DNA of 64,000 nucleotides from Chrysemys picta bellii (lineage: Eukaryota). The notes under the pieces are model-generated. The model was given only the letters and a program-made list of their open reading frames with translations. It was not told where the DNA came from and searched no databases. Shown here piece after piece: positions 37,296 through 50,070 of the stretch. Every line of letters starts with the position of its first letter. Positions within the stretch are counted from its first letter, which is position 1. The stretch spans positions 52,514,001 to 52,578,000 of the forward strand of contig NC_088802.1 of assembly GCF_011386835.1 (NCBI RefSeq), given 5' to 3'. A program made the position numbers and the translations under genes.

Positions 37296-37469
37296 TTAAT
37301 GGAGATATCCTAGAACTGAAAGGGACCTTGAAAGGTCACTGAGTCTAGCCACCTGCTTTCACTAGCAGGACCAAGTACTGATTTCGCCCCAGATCCCTAA
37401 GTGGCCCCCTCAAGGATTGAACTCATAATCCTGGGTTTAACAGGCCAATGCTCAAACCACTGAGCTATC
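37296..37469 (-). mobile_element. Turtle polIII SINE
   Basis: Reverse complement of the 20854 type: ctcaaaccactgagctatc head, ctagcaggaccaagtactgattt body, ggagatatcc tail. Confidence 0.9.
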
Positions 37470-37819
37470 AAGGGCACCAGCTGTAGCTGTTACTGGAATT
37501 GGAATCCACCACACCAAGTGGAAGGAGAACTAGTGGCTTGCCATGGGGAGGGATCTAGGTTAAATCCCTGGCCCACTAGAGGCTGAGAACACTGCAAAAA
37601 CAGTATTTTCTAACACTGGAGGCTCATTAAGAGAATTGGCTCAGGCTTCAGGTCTGAAGTTTGGATTTAGTTCAGTTATGCATCCAAAAGCTTGACCGTT
37701 TAGCCAAAATATTGAGTCTTCTCATCAAGCCCTGTTTTATTCTATGACTCCTTCTCCACCAGCAGTCCATGTGGACCCCCCTTAATCACACCTCTCACTT
37801 ATTTTACCCTTTCATGTGG

Positions 37820-38030
37820 GATCATAGGAATTATATAACTAGATCAGACCAATGGTCCATCTAATCCAGTAGCCTGTCTGCCATTGAGGTGACTACCAGA
37901 TTCTTCAGAAGAAGGTGCAAGAAACCCTGCAGTAGGCAGTTATGGGATAACATGTCCCCAAGGGATGTTTCCTCCTGATTCACACTGGTTAGAGGCTGGT
38001 TATGTGACTGTTTATATCTCTTCCATAACT
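37820..38030 (-). mobile_element. CR1-type 3' end fragment
   Basis: agatcagaccaatggtccatctaatccagtagcctgtc...gaaggtgcaagaaaccctgcagtaggc. Confidence 0.6.
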
Positions 38031-40164
38031 CTTTGAGTCACATACAGAGTTACAAGAATAGGAGAGAAACAGTCATTTTTATTGCAGCCACAATCAATAA
38101 TCCAGCAGAGCGATAGATACATTCCTCATTGGGGTAAAGTATGGGCAAAGGTGTTTTACTTTTTCCTTATTTCACCTGTCCCTATTAAGGGACAGAATTG
38201 GTGGGTTCTGAGGATGAATATAGTATAGATGAGCTCTCAAAACCAATGCATTCAGTCCTGATCATCCAGAATGATGGTAATCATCATACAGGGTCACCAG
38301 AATATGAGTGTGGAGCTGCACAATGAAGTGCACTGGTTCCCGGAGGATGAGAAGCAATTACAATTCAGTAGTTATTGTTCACTTCTGTGCCAGCTGAAAT
38401 TGAATTGGCACCTGTCCCAAAAAAGCGAGCATATATTTTGACTCCATGATTTTCATTTTCTTCTTCCTTTACAAATTGCCTCTGTAAAGTCAGCCAGGAT
38501 TTAAACAAAGATGTCTATACCATGATAATGATGTAAAAACAATAATAATTAGGAAGACAGCCTGAAACAACTATCAGAGGACACTTGCCACATAAATCAC
38601 CTCAAATATTTGGATAACAAAAAGGCGGTGATGGAGTCTCTGAGAGATGTCTCTGGTTGAGAATTTTAACGGTGTTTTGATTTGCATGGAAGTATCAACT
38701 GGAGAAGGGTTAGATTTGTGTGCTTTCTGATTGGCACAATCCAGCTTTAAAGCCTAAACAATCAGGGTGTTTTTCAATAAGCGTGGTTAAAAATGGTCAG
38801 AGGGGGCGGGAATAGGCAATGTGCATACTCCCTTCAAGTCTTGCTTCTCGATGAGGGAGATAATGGCTGTGTGATAATGAGGTTGGAGGTGTGAATGATT
38901 TGGGGTGTTTGCTAAGAAGCCAAGAAACCAAGCCTCTGTACAATAAAACCCTGAATCTAAGTATCGCTGTTTTATTGTTAGACAGTGAGTTTGGCACTTG
39001 AGATCAATATAACGGGTCCCCCCGAGCCACTGGCACGCAATGCATTCTGAAGTGCCTCTGACCCAGGAAAGCCATGAAGAATTTAAGATAATATGAAAAA
39101 AAAATAGTCAGTCCAGCAGAGATTCTGCCACTGTCCTGGTGAGATACTGATAAAGGCAAGTGCTGGGGATTAAAGAAGAAAGGAAATGTCCTATAGATCC
39201 AGATTCAGGTTGCTCAGGCAGATGGATCAGCCACAGGTTTGATTGTTCTCAGGGAAACAAGATAGAATCATAGGGGACCTCAAGGAACTGCTGGTGGAAT
39301 TTCTGTATGTGGAATGCCTATTTCAGCTGGAAAATGGAGGGAAGGGAGAGAAAAGACCTCCAGATATTTTGTTAAGTTTCTGCAATTTGAGGGATATATC
39401 CAAACGAAACTGTCCACAACATTTCTGAGACACCACCACATAGCATGAATTGCTCAAGGTCCCAGACCACACTAGTGAGTTCAGGTCAGATCAGAACCAT
39501 GGATCCTTTTACGTTTTAATTCCTTTATCACATCCTACCCAAGACCACAGCTACCTTCTTTTGCTATGTCAGGCATTTAACAAGGAAATGTTTCTACATG
39601 TAATCCATTGTTCAGTATGTGTTGTGCATCCTCCCCAGAGTGACTGACCCACAGAGAATCTGAGTCTACTACTGCTGTTAGCGAGAGGACTTACTCCGTT
39701 AGCTCAAATGTTAGAACCTGATGGCAGTCATTACATAAATATCTAAAAGTGGAGCTTCCGATATAACAGTAGGGATTGAATTGAGAACTTCCAATACCAA
39801 AAGCAGGACCTTCTATTTTGAAAAGATTGGTTCTGTTTTTCTCCCCCCCTGAACTGGTCAGCCAAGCACCAGAAAAATCAGTCAGTCCTGCAATGGCACC
39901 AATACCCTTACAAAGGGCTGAGATAAAATTCTATTCTGCCTGCTGTTTCTTCAACCTTTCTCGTCTGGTTTTGCCCTGTGTATTTGCTCATAAAATCCAC
40001 AGGCCAAATCCATGGATTCTTACTTCAGTGGTTTGAATCAGATGGGATCTGGCTTGAGTAAGGACTGCAAGAAAACCCCGGAGCTCAGACTGGCGCTCTT
40101 ATTTCTCATCATATGTTGTTAGCCACTGTGTCACTAAGACATGGGTTGTGCTTCCATCTGGCTC

Positions 40165-40942
40165 TAGGGTCGCCAACTTTCTAATTGCACAAAAACAAAC
40201 ACCCTTGCCCCGCCGCTGCTCTTCCCTTTCCCAGAAGCCCTGCCTTTCCCCACCCCTTCTCTGAGCCACCCCCCACTCACTCCACACCCCCCACACTCCA
40301 TCGCTCGCTCTCCCTCACCCTCACTAACTTTCACTGGGCTGGGGCAGGAGGTTGGGATGTGGGAGGGGGTGAGGGCTCCGGGATGGGGCCAGAAATGAGG
40401 GGTTCAAGGCTCTGGAGTGTGGTGGGGCTAGAGATGAGGAGTTTGGGGTACAGGAGGGGGCTCCAGGCTGAGGCCGAGGGGTTTGGAATGTGGGAGGGGG
40501 CTCAGGGCTGGGGTTGGGGTGTGGGAGTGGGTTAGGGGTGTAGGCTCCGGGAGGGAGTTTGCACACCAACCATGTATCCTATCCCTGAGTCCCCTCCTGC
40601 ACCCAGACTCCAGGAGGGAGTTCAGGGCTGGGGCAGGGGGTTGGGGTGCAGGACTTGGGGAGGGAAGGTGTGCGGGGTGCGGGCTCTGGGAGGGAGTTTG
40701 GGTGCGAGAGGGGATTCCGACCTGGAGCAGAGGGTTTGGGGTGCGGGCTTCGTCTGGGCGGCGCTTACCTCAGACGACTCCCAGTCGTCAGTGCAGAGCC
40801 GGGGCAGGAGGGAAGCCTGCATTAGCCCCACTGCGCCGCCGACCGGACTTTTTACGGCCCAGTCAGTGGTGCTGACCGGAGCCACCAGGTTCCCCTTTTT
40901 GACCTGGTATTCTGGTCGAAAACCGGACGCCTGGCAACCCTC
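40165..40942. mobile_element. hAT (Tip100-like, TAGGGTTGCCA TIR) non-autonomous element with G-rich interior
   Basis: TIR tagggtcgcca / tggcaaccct; TSD tctggctc (40157-40164) vs tctgcctc (40943-40950). Confidence 0.85.
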
Positions 40943-41565
40943 TCTGCCTCTCTCACTCAAAAAGGTCATATACCTTCTTCCACTATTATGAGTCACAACA
41001 TGGACTTTATTCTCTCAGCAAGAGCTGTGCTTTAAGCAGCACGTTCCTACGTGAAAATACGCAAAACTACAGAAACATCAATTAGTCATTGTTGTCATTT
41101 ATTAGACCTTGTGTTAATAGAGATTAATAATATCCCTTTAAAATCTATTTTAAACACTGTTTCCTGTCATACTAAAAAAATCTGTTTTACTGTATATCTT
41201 TGATTACTAGGATTTAGATAATTACTGTCACTCTTGGGTGGGGGGAGACAACAGAGGGGGAAGGTAGCAGAAGACCATAAGTATTGTCCAGTTTGTGCTT
41301 TTTAAAACTGATTTTGGTGAGGTGGGTGTCCCCCAAAATAAAACGAGCCGTTGAAATTTCCTTCCTGTAGAAAAAAAGCCCTTCGGTGGAGTTATTGACA
41401 TTGGCTTAGAGAACTGAAATATTATCAAGTATAAGGAAAGCTGCTGAAAGGCAGTTGCTTACTCTGTCAAAAAAGCATGGAAGTCAGGATAGATAAGACT
41501 AAGCAAATTTGGCAACGTATATATTACAGTTGATCCAAAAATTTCAAACAAAACATTTTTAGTTG

Positions 41566-41671
41566 AAAAATGACCTTTCCTCAAAAACGGTGTTTTTGGG
41601 GGGGAGAGGGGAGAAGTGTGTGTGTGTGTACACGTGCACACACATGCATATATATACACACACACACACGT

Positions 41672-41705
<34 letters not shown>

Positions 41706-41752
41706 CTCTCCTCTCCCCCCAAAAACACCGTTTTTGAGGAAAGGTCATTTTT
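41566..41752. repeat. Near-perfect ~187-bp palindrome containing (TG)n/(CA)n
   Basis: Arm 41566-41636 is the reverse complement of 41667-41752 apart from one substitution, a 1-bp G-run difference and CA copy number; 30-nt spacer. Confidence 0.95.
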
Positions 41753-42219
41753 TTATATATATATATATTCAGTTGTGAGTGAGTGTGGCGTGAGGGAGGT
41801 TGGGAAAATGGAAATTGACAAGCGTTGTTCTTTTTGGGGTGGAACCACCAATGGCTAGCTATAGAGAAGACAGGCACAGCTGTGCGTGTTCAGTTTATTG
41901 GATTTATTTTTAACAATGTGATCTCATCCTGAGGCATACGACCGGCATGGAAAATTTCAGCCCAAATGGTTAAAGTTGGCAAAGTTACAAATAACTGAAA
42001 ACAGGGTCTTATAATGGAAAGTGTTACTCAACCTTAACTCTAGGTGGTGTTAACAATTGCACATATAATAAATAGAAAGTATTTAACCTAACCAAATGTA
42101 TCCTCTCGACAGGGTTGAATTTTGAATGTGGCAAATGTGCAGTTATTTTTGTGAATCTTCTTGCAGTTTTTCAAAAATGCTGCTATTGTGTATGAACTAA
42201 TGCTACTATTGTATTGTCT

Positions 42220-42450
42220 AATGACTTGAACATGGGAATCTTGGAGTCAGGGATCTTGGAGTTCAATTACCATCCCCAGCAAACCTCTACAAGATGCCAG
42301 TAAATCCTACTGATAACTAAGGCGGTTCTGTTTCCCACTCTGTTACAGACTCCCCCTGTGAACTCATGCAAGTTCCTTAAGTTCTCTGGCCTCAGCTTCC
42401 CATATATAGAGTGACTTTAGAGATACTTCTCTTCACAGAAAACAGTGTGC
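42220..42450 (+). mobile_element. MIR/CORE-SINE-like
   Basis: ggttctgtttcccactctgttacagactcc...gcaagttccttaagttctctggcctcagcttccc. Confidence 0.55.
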
Positions 42451-45400
42451 ATGGAAAGTATGATGTGGCTTTGTTTCTTTACCTTTATAATAATTCTAAA
42501 TAAGGGAAATATATTGTGTATGAATCTGATTATTGGATTATTTTCCACCTACATTGGACATCTTTTTTTTTTTTTCCCCTCCTCAAAACAAAACCCAGCA
42601 CCTGTTTTGTTCATTAAGGATTCTTTGCTTTAGTTTTAGGACCAAATGCAAATGTAAAACAGACAATTTCCATGCAAAAAATAGATGCCTACATAAAGAA
42701 TTGAATGTTAATACATCCTGCATACAGCCACAGTTGGAGTAAAGCAGAGATGCCACATTACAGAAATTTAACTGATGTAGAATAAATACTCATGTCCCAG
42801 GAAATTCATTAGCTAATCTGATCTAAAGAGCATATCTAAATGTGTAAGTGATAAAAGGCTAGACCAGCTCAAACTGGCTCTCTCTTAAAGATGCCTGACT
42901 ATTTGAGCCATGGAAAGAATGAAAATGCATGTACTGTATTACATGTCACTCACCCCATGTACAGGGCACCTTAAACAGCAGGGAATAAAGGAAAGAAGAC
43001 AGAAACAGCAGACAGAACTGTCAAAAGTATTAAGACTTTTGTCAGATCCAGTCTGTGTGTCTAAGTATTGTATTCCTTTCACTCAATGCAGTTTTTGATT
43101 AAATGAATGGTATTTCACATAGGAACGAGTTAGAAACAACAATACTGTAGTACTTGAAAGATTTTAGTGCTTATATATATGCTAGACCCTAATTTAAAAT
43201 CAGTGGCAATGTGTGACCCTGTTGATATCACTGAGTTTGCTCAAGTGTAGTGCAAGGCAAAATCTGGCCCCCTACGGTCTGTTGCACATGTTACCATTAC
43301 TGTTTGGGCTGAGAAAGTGCTCTGCAGAGCAGCTACTTTCCTACATGAACGGGTGTGAAGCCTGATACTCAAACCAGCAGCGCGGACTCCTGCACCCACA
43401 CAAAGCCCCTCTGAAATCAGTGTTGCTCCGCTCAGGCACAGAACTCTTATGTCAGTGAGACTTCATGTGGGAGCCTACACCAAATGAATTGCAGGATTGG
43501 GGCCACAGTTTGTGTGCTTTACTACATATACACCGGCACCTGGGCAGTGCAGCTGTACCATACTCGTGATTTTTCAGTTCACACACATTTCCCAAGATTT
43601 TCACAGGTGCTCTTGAGAATTAGTGACATTCATAACACGTCCATTTTCACAAGTGTACAGTTTTCTGTGGAATGAAGTTAGGGATGGAGGCAACAGGGTT
43701 CTCTAGCAGTTAATGTGAAAACCTACAGACAATTATATTCTTTCTATAGGCTCGTTTGATTCTATCATCCGCCTCCCCCCCCATCTCCAGTTATGATGAA
43801 GGAAGAACTCACTTTTACAGCATTTGTTTAGCATTGTTTGTTTATTTTGAAATTTCTCGGATGTGGCTAGCGCTTTGTCTTTATCAAGTTCCTAGCCTAT
43901 CTTTACAAGATGGCCATGTTACGTGTTCTGGAGTGCATCTACAGAACAGCTGTGCGTCTTCATGACACATATGTAGCATCTTGTTTTGCTAGTTAACCAG
44001 CAGATGGGAATGTGTTATTTTTGGATAGATATGAAAACCCTAATTTGTTGCAGAGAGAAAGAAAGACTAATAATAGCTTAAAATAAAGTCAGTAACTAAT
44101 TAATTTATTAATGAAGACTGAAACAGGTAGCAGCATGTGAGCCGAAGCCGCTATTTATCTGTATGCTAGCTTTTCCTTCCCCATGATTGCGTGGCAGACT
44201 GTTTGAGCTAGAATTAGACACAGATCCTCCCGTAACTTCAACTTATTACCATAGGCTACTGCAAACTCATTACTGAAGTTTTCACTTAGTATAAAGCAGC
44301 AATTTGTCTTGTATTTACAACACTCTTGTGCAATGGGTCAGTGGATTTGTCAACAAAAATGGTTTCTCTCAGGACCAGCGGCCAGTGAATATTTTATAGC
44401 TGATGGCCTGGTTGTTGAACATGTCTGAGTACAGATTTGCTTGTAGGTGGATGCACCATGGTTGGGGAAGGCAACCATAGAGGGCAAGATGAAACAAACG
44501 TCAAGCCTTTGCCTATCCCAGAGAAAGATTCTGAAGTGTTTTAGAAATATAGCAGGCTTTTTTTCCCCCCTCCGATTGTCCATCTCTCTGGGGAGTTCAT
44601 CTTTTGGTTCAGTCTCTATCTGCAAAGAGCCCCACAGTGGGTGTCTCAGAATAGCGCTCTGCCTGGCTATCAGGTCTCAGATGACCACACATGTTTGCTG
44701 TCAGCTCTTTCCAACTAGGAGCAGGAGCCTATTTTAAGAGCTTCCTTTCCTCACGCATACACTGTTGCCATAGTTGCAAAACTAATGCACATGGAAAGAA
44801 AGGTTCCTACACTGTTGACTCAGCAGAGAGGCATGTTGCTGAATCTCTCTGTTTCTTAACTCGTGTAAGTGAAAAAGAAATTGGGCCAGATCCTCAGCTG
44901 ATGTTAATTGGCATAACTCTGTTGACTTTAATGTAGCTGTGCTAATCTACACCAGCTGAAGTACTGGCCGTCTGTTTTTCCATTACTATGCCTTCCAGGT
45001 TTTTCTCCTCATACTTTAGACTTATGACTTTGGCTTCCATTTCTGTACCACCCAGTTTAAACTATCTCAGACTGGTGGGGATGGGAGTGAGTTCCTTTTC
45101 CTCTTACTCATTATCATTCATGTTATTTCCCAGCTACCTGAGTATGCAGGGAGAAAACAAATGTCAGGTATACTTCAGCCATTCACTTCCACGGCACTTA
45201 CAGGGTCACAGAGAGAGTTGTGTGAAATTTTTGACTCAAATGCCCTCACAGTCAGCTTTAGTTCAAAACCTGGCTGGGCCAGCAGTGCCTTGCATTAATT
45301 TTGTTTGCATCCACAGACCTTTCCCCAAGTCTCGAGTCAAACATTTTTACTCTCTAGACATTTGGAAATATTTTGAAGCTGTGGTTTGCCAGTGCATTTC

Positions 45401-45829
45401 AAGATGGAAACATAAATGAACCTTTCTGCACCTCCAAACGGGTTCATTTCAGATTTGGTTTTAATTTTGAGTGGATTTTTATTTCAAGTGAAATTTCCAG
45501 CCTTTCCTAACCTTAAAACAGCTCATGAGCTGATGACCTTGATTTTTAAACCAGAAAGAAGAGCATTCAACAAAATGGTAAGACAATAGGTCAGCTGATG
45601 TGAATGTGCTTCCATGTAGCTTCACCGACAGAGGATGTGAAGCTATATTTTCAATCACGGGAAGGTCCAAAGCAAGGAAGGCACAATGGAAGCTACTCTG
45701 GATAGCATAAGGCCATTTGAGGTTTAGGAAGGTTCTTTTATATCAGTCCTCGTGTTCACAGACCAACAATATTGTTGTGACAGTTTGAGGAATCTGCCTA
45801 TGTGATCTTATAAATTCCGTTTGATTGTA

Positions 45830-46590
45830 TGTACTCTGTGCAAATATAAACTTGACAGTGTATTGCACTGTATACTATAATGGTCATGTTGGATTGCATC
45901 CTCCCTCTTGAGTTAGGTGCCTGGGTGTCAGACCCTAAATGAGAGGGCTAGCAACATCTGAATAGCCTTACCATGACAGGACAATGAAGGCTACAGGCAC
46001 AAAGCTTAACTGTTAATGACCCACTAGAGCAGCAGCACACAGTGGGTTGGAGACCATAGTTCCACTCAGTGGTGAATCGTGGAGAATCACAGCACAAGAA
46101 GAGAAAAAGTATCACACACTGACTTTAAAGAAGGACACACTTTCTAAGCAAGACAGAGACCATCACCAGGAAGACAAGACAGAAAAGTGTGTGTGAGGGG
46201 GTGCAGAAAGGCCCTGGACTCTCTGAAGAATAGTGATCAAGACCCAAAAGGCTCTCGGGAGGTGTGAGTAAACTGATGGAGCGGCTTGCATGCAGGTGTC
46301 TTATCTTTGTCTAGGTCAGTCACTCTTAGATTTTGCAAAGGGATGTCTTAGCCATACACACTTTACACATAAAAAAATACATGTATTACTTGCTTTAACT
46401 GTCATGTAGTCCCTAAAGTTTTAAATTGTAAACTAGAGTACCCATGACGGTGGAGCTCAAGGGAGGGCATGGGTAAGCTATTGGGGAGACTTGAGATGTC
46501 AGCACTGGTATTGGCTAAGAGTAACTGGACAGCAGGACCCTGCATCTGAAGAAGGGGTGCAGGACAGAGGTATCTTAGGAGTGTCAAAGA
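45830..46590. mobile_element. LTR-like segment (probable solo LTR)
   Basis: Overall resemblance to reptile Gypsy/ERV LTRs; termini and TSD not resolved. Confidence 0.35.
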
Positions 46591-46629
46591 TTTCGGATGC
46601 TGCTCAGACGTAGTCCAATACAGCAGTGT

Positions 46630-46735
46630 CTGAAGGGAGATTTCAGGGTGGGAGAGGTTCTATGGCCTGTAATGTGCAGGAGGTCAGACTAGATGCTCAT
46701 GATGGTCCCTTCTAACCTTAAAGTCTATGAGATAT
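46630..46735 (+). mobile_element. CR1 3' tail
   Basis: ttctatggcctgtaatgtgcaggaggtcagactagatgctcatgatggtcccttctaaccttaaagtctatga. Confidence 0.8.
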
Positions 46736-47854
46736 AACTTCTATAGCACACAGAAAAGGTGTTTAGCTAATTCCCGCCCCCTGCCCCCATTTTCACTGGT
46801 TCAGCTTCATTCACTGATGATTAATGAGATTCAGTGACTTCAATAGTATTGTCATGGCATAACTCAGGAGAAGCTGAACCATTGTTGCCTAGACATTTTG
46901 GAAAGCTGTTTGTGTGTCTCAACTACTTTTCAGCAATACAAACCATTTTTCTAAGCCTGTGTTTAATATATTTCAAATACAGAGGAACCAAACCTCCAGG
47001 TCTAAACATACCCAACTTTTTTTTTTTAAAGTAAACATGGAAGTGAATGTGGCAAATGGACTTCACTGATCTAATGGGCTTACCTCAAATTCTGAATCCA
47101 AACACTGACAAGTTCGGGTTGTTCCAAACCTGAACCCAACTCCAATTCCAAGAGGTGTCGTTAGAGAGGTAGAAGGGGAGACATTCTTCAGAAATCAAAG
47201 ATTCTAAAATCAAATACAGGGGAAATATTTTGAGGCAAATTGCTAGAATTATTCAAAGTTCATTCTCCATCAATTTCATTCCTAATAGAGACTTTTTCCC
47301 GCCCTAGATAGATTGCATGTGTCTTCATTCAGGATGTTTGCCTGTTTGTGTAAGGATAGAAGTGCAATATATGGGTTATTTGCCAAACTGTAATAATTAC
47401 TTCTGAACTTAAAGTTCCCATGCATCCAAGTTTCCTGAATCCATCCCCCAGGATTTGGGGAGCACACGCCACAGGAATGAACAGCAGAGAGCTAGTCAAA
47501 ATTAAGACGTGTTCCTCTTTTTGTCCTGTTTTAGCGAATGGATGAAAAGGTTTTCTGGATGGCCAAGTGTTTGTTACAGTATGTTAGACAACAGGTGTCT
47601 ATAGTACATTCACCATATGCCACTTTTTGATAGGACACTTTGTACTTTGTGATCTGGGAGAGAATTCAAGAGTGATATGGATAAATGAGATCTGGAGGCA
47701 GCTGTGCAATCAGTTATTATTTTAGCTATCAAATAACAGGACCCAATTCAGATAATTGCTTACATACCTGTTTCATACTTATATCCCACTCACTTCAGGG
47801 GGGCGTAAGCATGTGTTTAAGTGTTTTGCTGAATTAGGCTTAATAGCCATCTCT

Positions 47855-48105
47855 GGCTACATCTACAGTGCCGCTGTAAGGTTCACCAGTTAAGCCGCTC
47901 TTTGTCGGCAGGAGCGAGATCTCCTGCTGACAAAATAAAACCACCCCCAATGAGGAGCAGTAACTTTCTCAGCAGGAGCGCGTCGCCCATCGACAAAGCG
48001 CTGTCCACACTGGCGCTTTTCATTGGTAAAACTTTTGTTGGTCAGGGGTGTGTTTTTTCACACCCCTGCCCAACAAAAGTTTTACTGATGAAAGTGCACT
48101 GTGTC
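47855..48105. mobile_element. PIF/Harbinger MITE with internal hairpin
   Basis: ggctacatctaca start; internal stem aaaacttttgttgg-caggggtgtg...cacacccctg-ccaacaaaagtttt; right TIR degraded. Confidence 0.7.
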
Positions 48106-49941
48106 CGCTGAGAAGAGTTTGTAAGACTTTGGTACCATCAAATCCTAGCCCTTGTTAGGGTTTGAACCCAACCACCATACCTTACTTTAAATCTATTAGC
48201 ATCAAGATCAAGCACCATCACCAGAACCGAATCCTAGCTATTATTGCTGATAAAATTATCCAGCCCTTTAAGAAAAAACAAACTTAGTTTCATGATTCCT
48301 CTAATAGTTAATTCCACAAGTTGCCTATGCATGAATGAAGATGTTTTTCTTTTGACATGTTTTAAATGGATTTGTCATTAAGCTTGAACTCTTGATTGCT
48401 TCTGCTGGAGCAATGAACTAACGAGGCAGCTGTACCCTTCATAGTATTTAATACTTTAATTAAATCCCCTTTGGAACTTTTTCATTTCTATTCTCTCTTT
48501 AACAGCCTCAGAGATATGATCACAACTTTAACATCTAAACCCTGGAAACTATGAACATGTAACAGTGCATAAATAATTCCTTGTTTCCCCAAATTGCTTA
48601 ATTATTTTAAAATCTAATTTCTGGAATGAATTAATCAGAGTTCTATTTATTTTTTTTGCTTAGTAGTCTTGTTAAAGTCACTTTGCTTTTGTCCTTACAT
48701 GCATAACCGTTAAAAGACGTGTAAGGCTTCAGAAAGATGCTTGTATGAGACGGAGTTCAAACTCTGAATCTTCCATATCTTAACAAGACAACAATCTTTA
48801 ACTTTAACTAACAAAAGCAGCTGATCTGCACCTTTAATGACCTTTACATGAGAATGACAACAGATTTGGCTCATGGATTAAAATCTCCATCAGTTTATTA
48901 TCCTCATCTCTTGTTTTGCATTCAGCCATTGGTGTTTGGTATTTACTGGCATGTATAGTGACAGTCAAAAATGTCAGTGAATTGGCAAATGGCAAATACC
49001 ATTGACATAAGGAATGGAAAAATAATCCTCCACTGCCTCAGAGTTTCCATTAAGATGCTGACATAAGCAAACATTTTTTTTGACTCCCTAACTCCTTTGA
49101 GTAAACAGAATCTATGGGGAAAGAGAGACTTTGTGAAATGGCTTTACATTATTTGTAGTGCATACTTTAAGTGAGAGCATACTATTAATTTCTGGTTTGG
49201 GGCATGCTCTCATTCCAACTGAAGAGGATGGGGAAACACCTACTACTTCAATGAGTGCTGACGTGGGCAGTTGATTGGTAGATTTACAAGTAAATATGTA
49301 CCTCAAACCTCACATTTTGGATGCTTTCTGGTCCAAACTATCTGAACCTATCAGACTGGCTTTGGGTTTTGTTGCGAATTTCAAATGCAGATTGGGTGCA
49401 CTGGAAATCAAGTTAAGGTTTCTAAAGTTAACCTGGGCCAGTTTATCATACAGTGTGGCAATTTCGTTTTCGCAGTTTCACATGGTGGTGTTGTGAAGCC
49501 AGGCAAAACATAATGGTTCCAGTTGGGTTGTGATTTAGTTTTGTAGGCTCATTGGAACCCCCAAAACAAAGAGAAATCCAGGTGATACAAATCCACATGG
49601 AATGAAACAAAGCAAATATTAGCGCAGAGCCACTGCAGGACAGAAACCATGGAACGGATCACACTTCTACCACCCACACCTATGAGGGGAAAAAATTCTG
49701 CAGGAATAATGCCAAGCAGTACAGTCTACAACAGTATTACTACTGCCTTCTCTTGGACCAGGGCTTCTCCAGCTTTCCGATTCTGCAAACCGTTTCTTAA
49801 AAGAGAGATTATTTCATGGGCCCACTTTTCCTCCCAAATCCCAAGGCAACAATCTTTTCAGTTTGGGGATCCCAGAAAATACCTCATTGTCTCACTGGTA
49901 GCCCATGTGTAACACAATTGATAGGGGATGACATCTCCGGA

Positions 49942-50070
49942 TAGGGTGACCAGACAGCAAGTGTGAAAAATTGGGACGGGGGTGGGGAGGAGGGGTAATA
50001 GGAGCCTATATAAGAAAAAGACCCCAAAATCGGGACTGTCCCTATAAAATCGGGACATCGGATCACCCTA
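49942..50070. mobile_element. hAT (TAGGGTGACC TIR) MITE
   Basis: tagggtgacc / atcacccta termini; flanks tctccgga and cctctgga (2 mismatches). Confidence 0.8.

Noticed and set aside
40099-40996. Overlapping 80-140 aa ORFs
   Set aside because: They arise from stop-poor GC-rich hAT element sequence and are open on both strands with low complexity.
41459-41877. ORFs with CVCV/HTHT runs
   Set aside because: Translations of the (TG)n/(CA)n palindrome.
44630-44660. SGCLRI peptide reminiscent of NECAB proteins
   Set aside because: Six-residue match only; the surrounding translation does not resemble NECAB.
44988-45419. 143-aa plus-strand ORF
   Set aside because: Ser/Phe/Leu-rich translation of pyrimidine-rich non-coding DNA with no recognisable domain.
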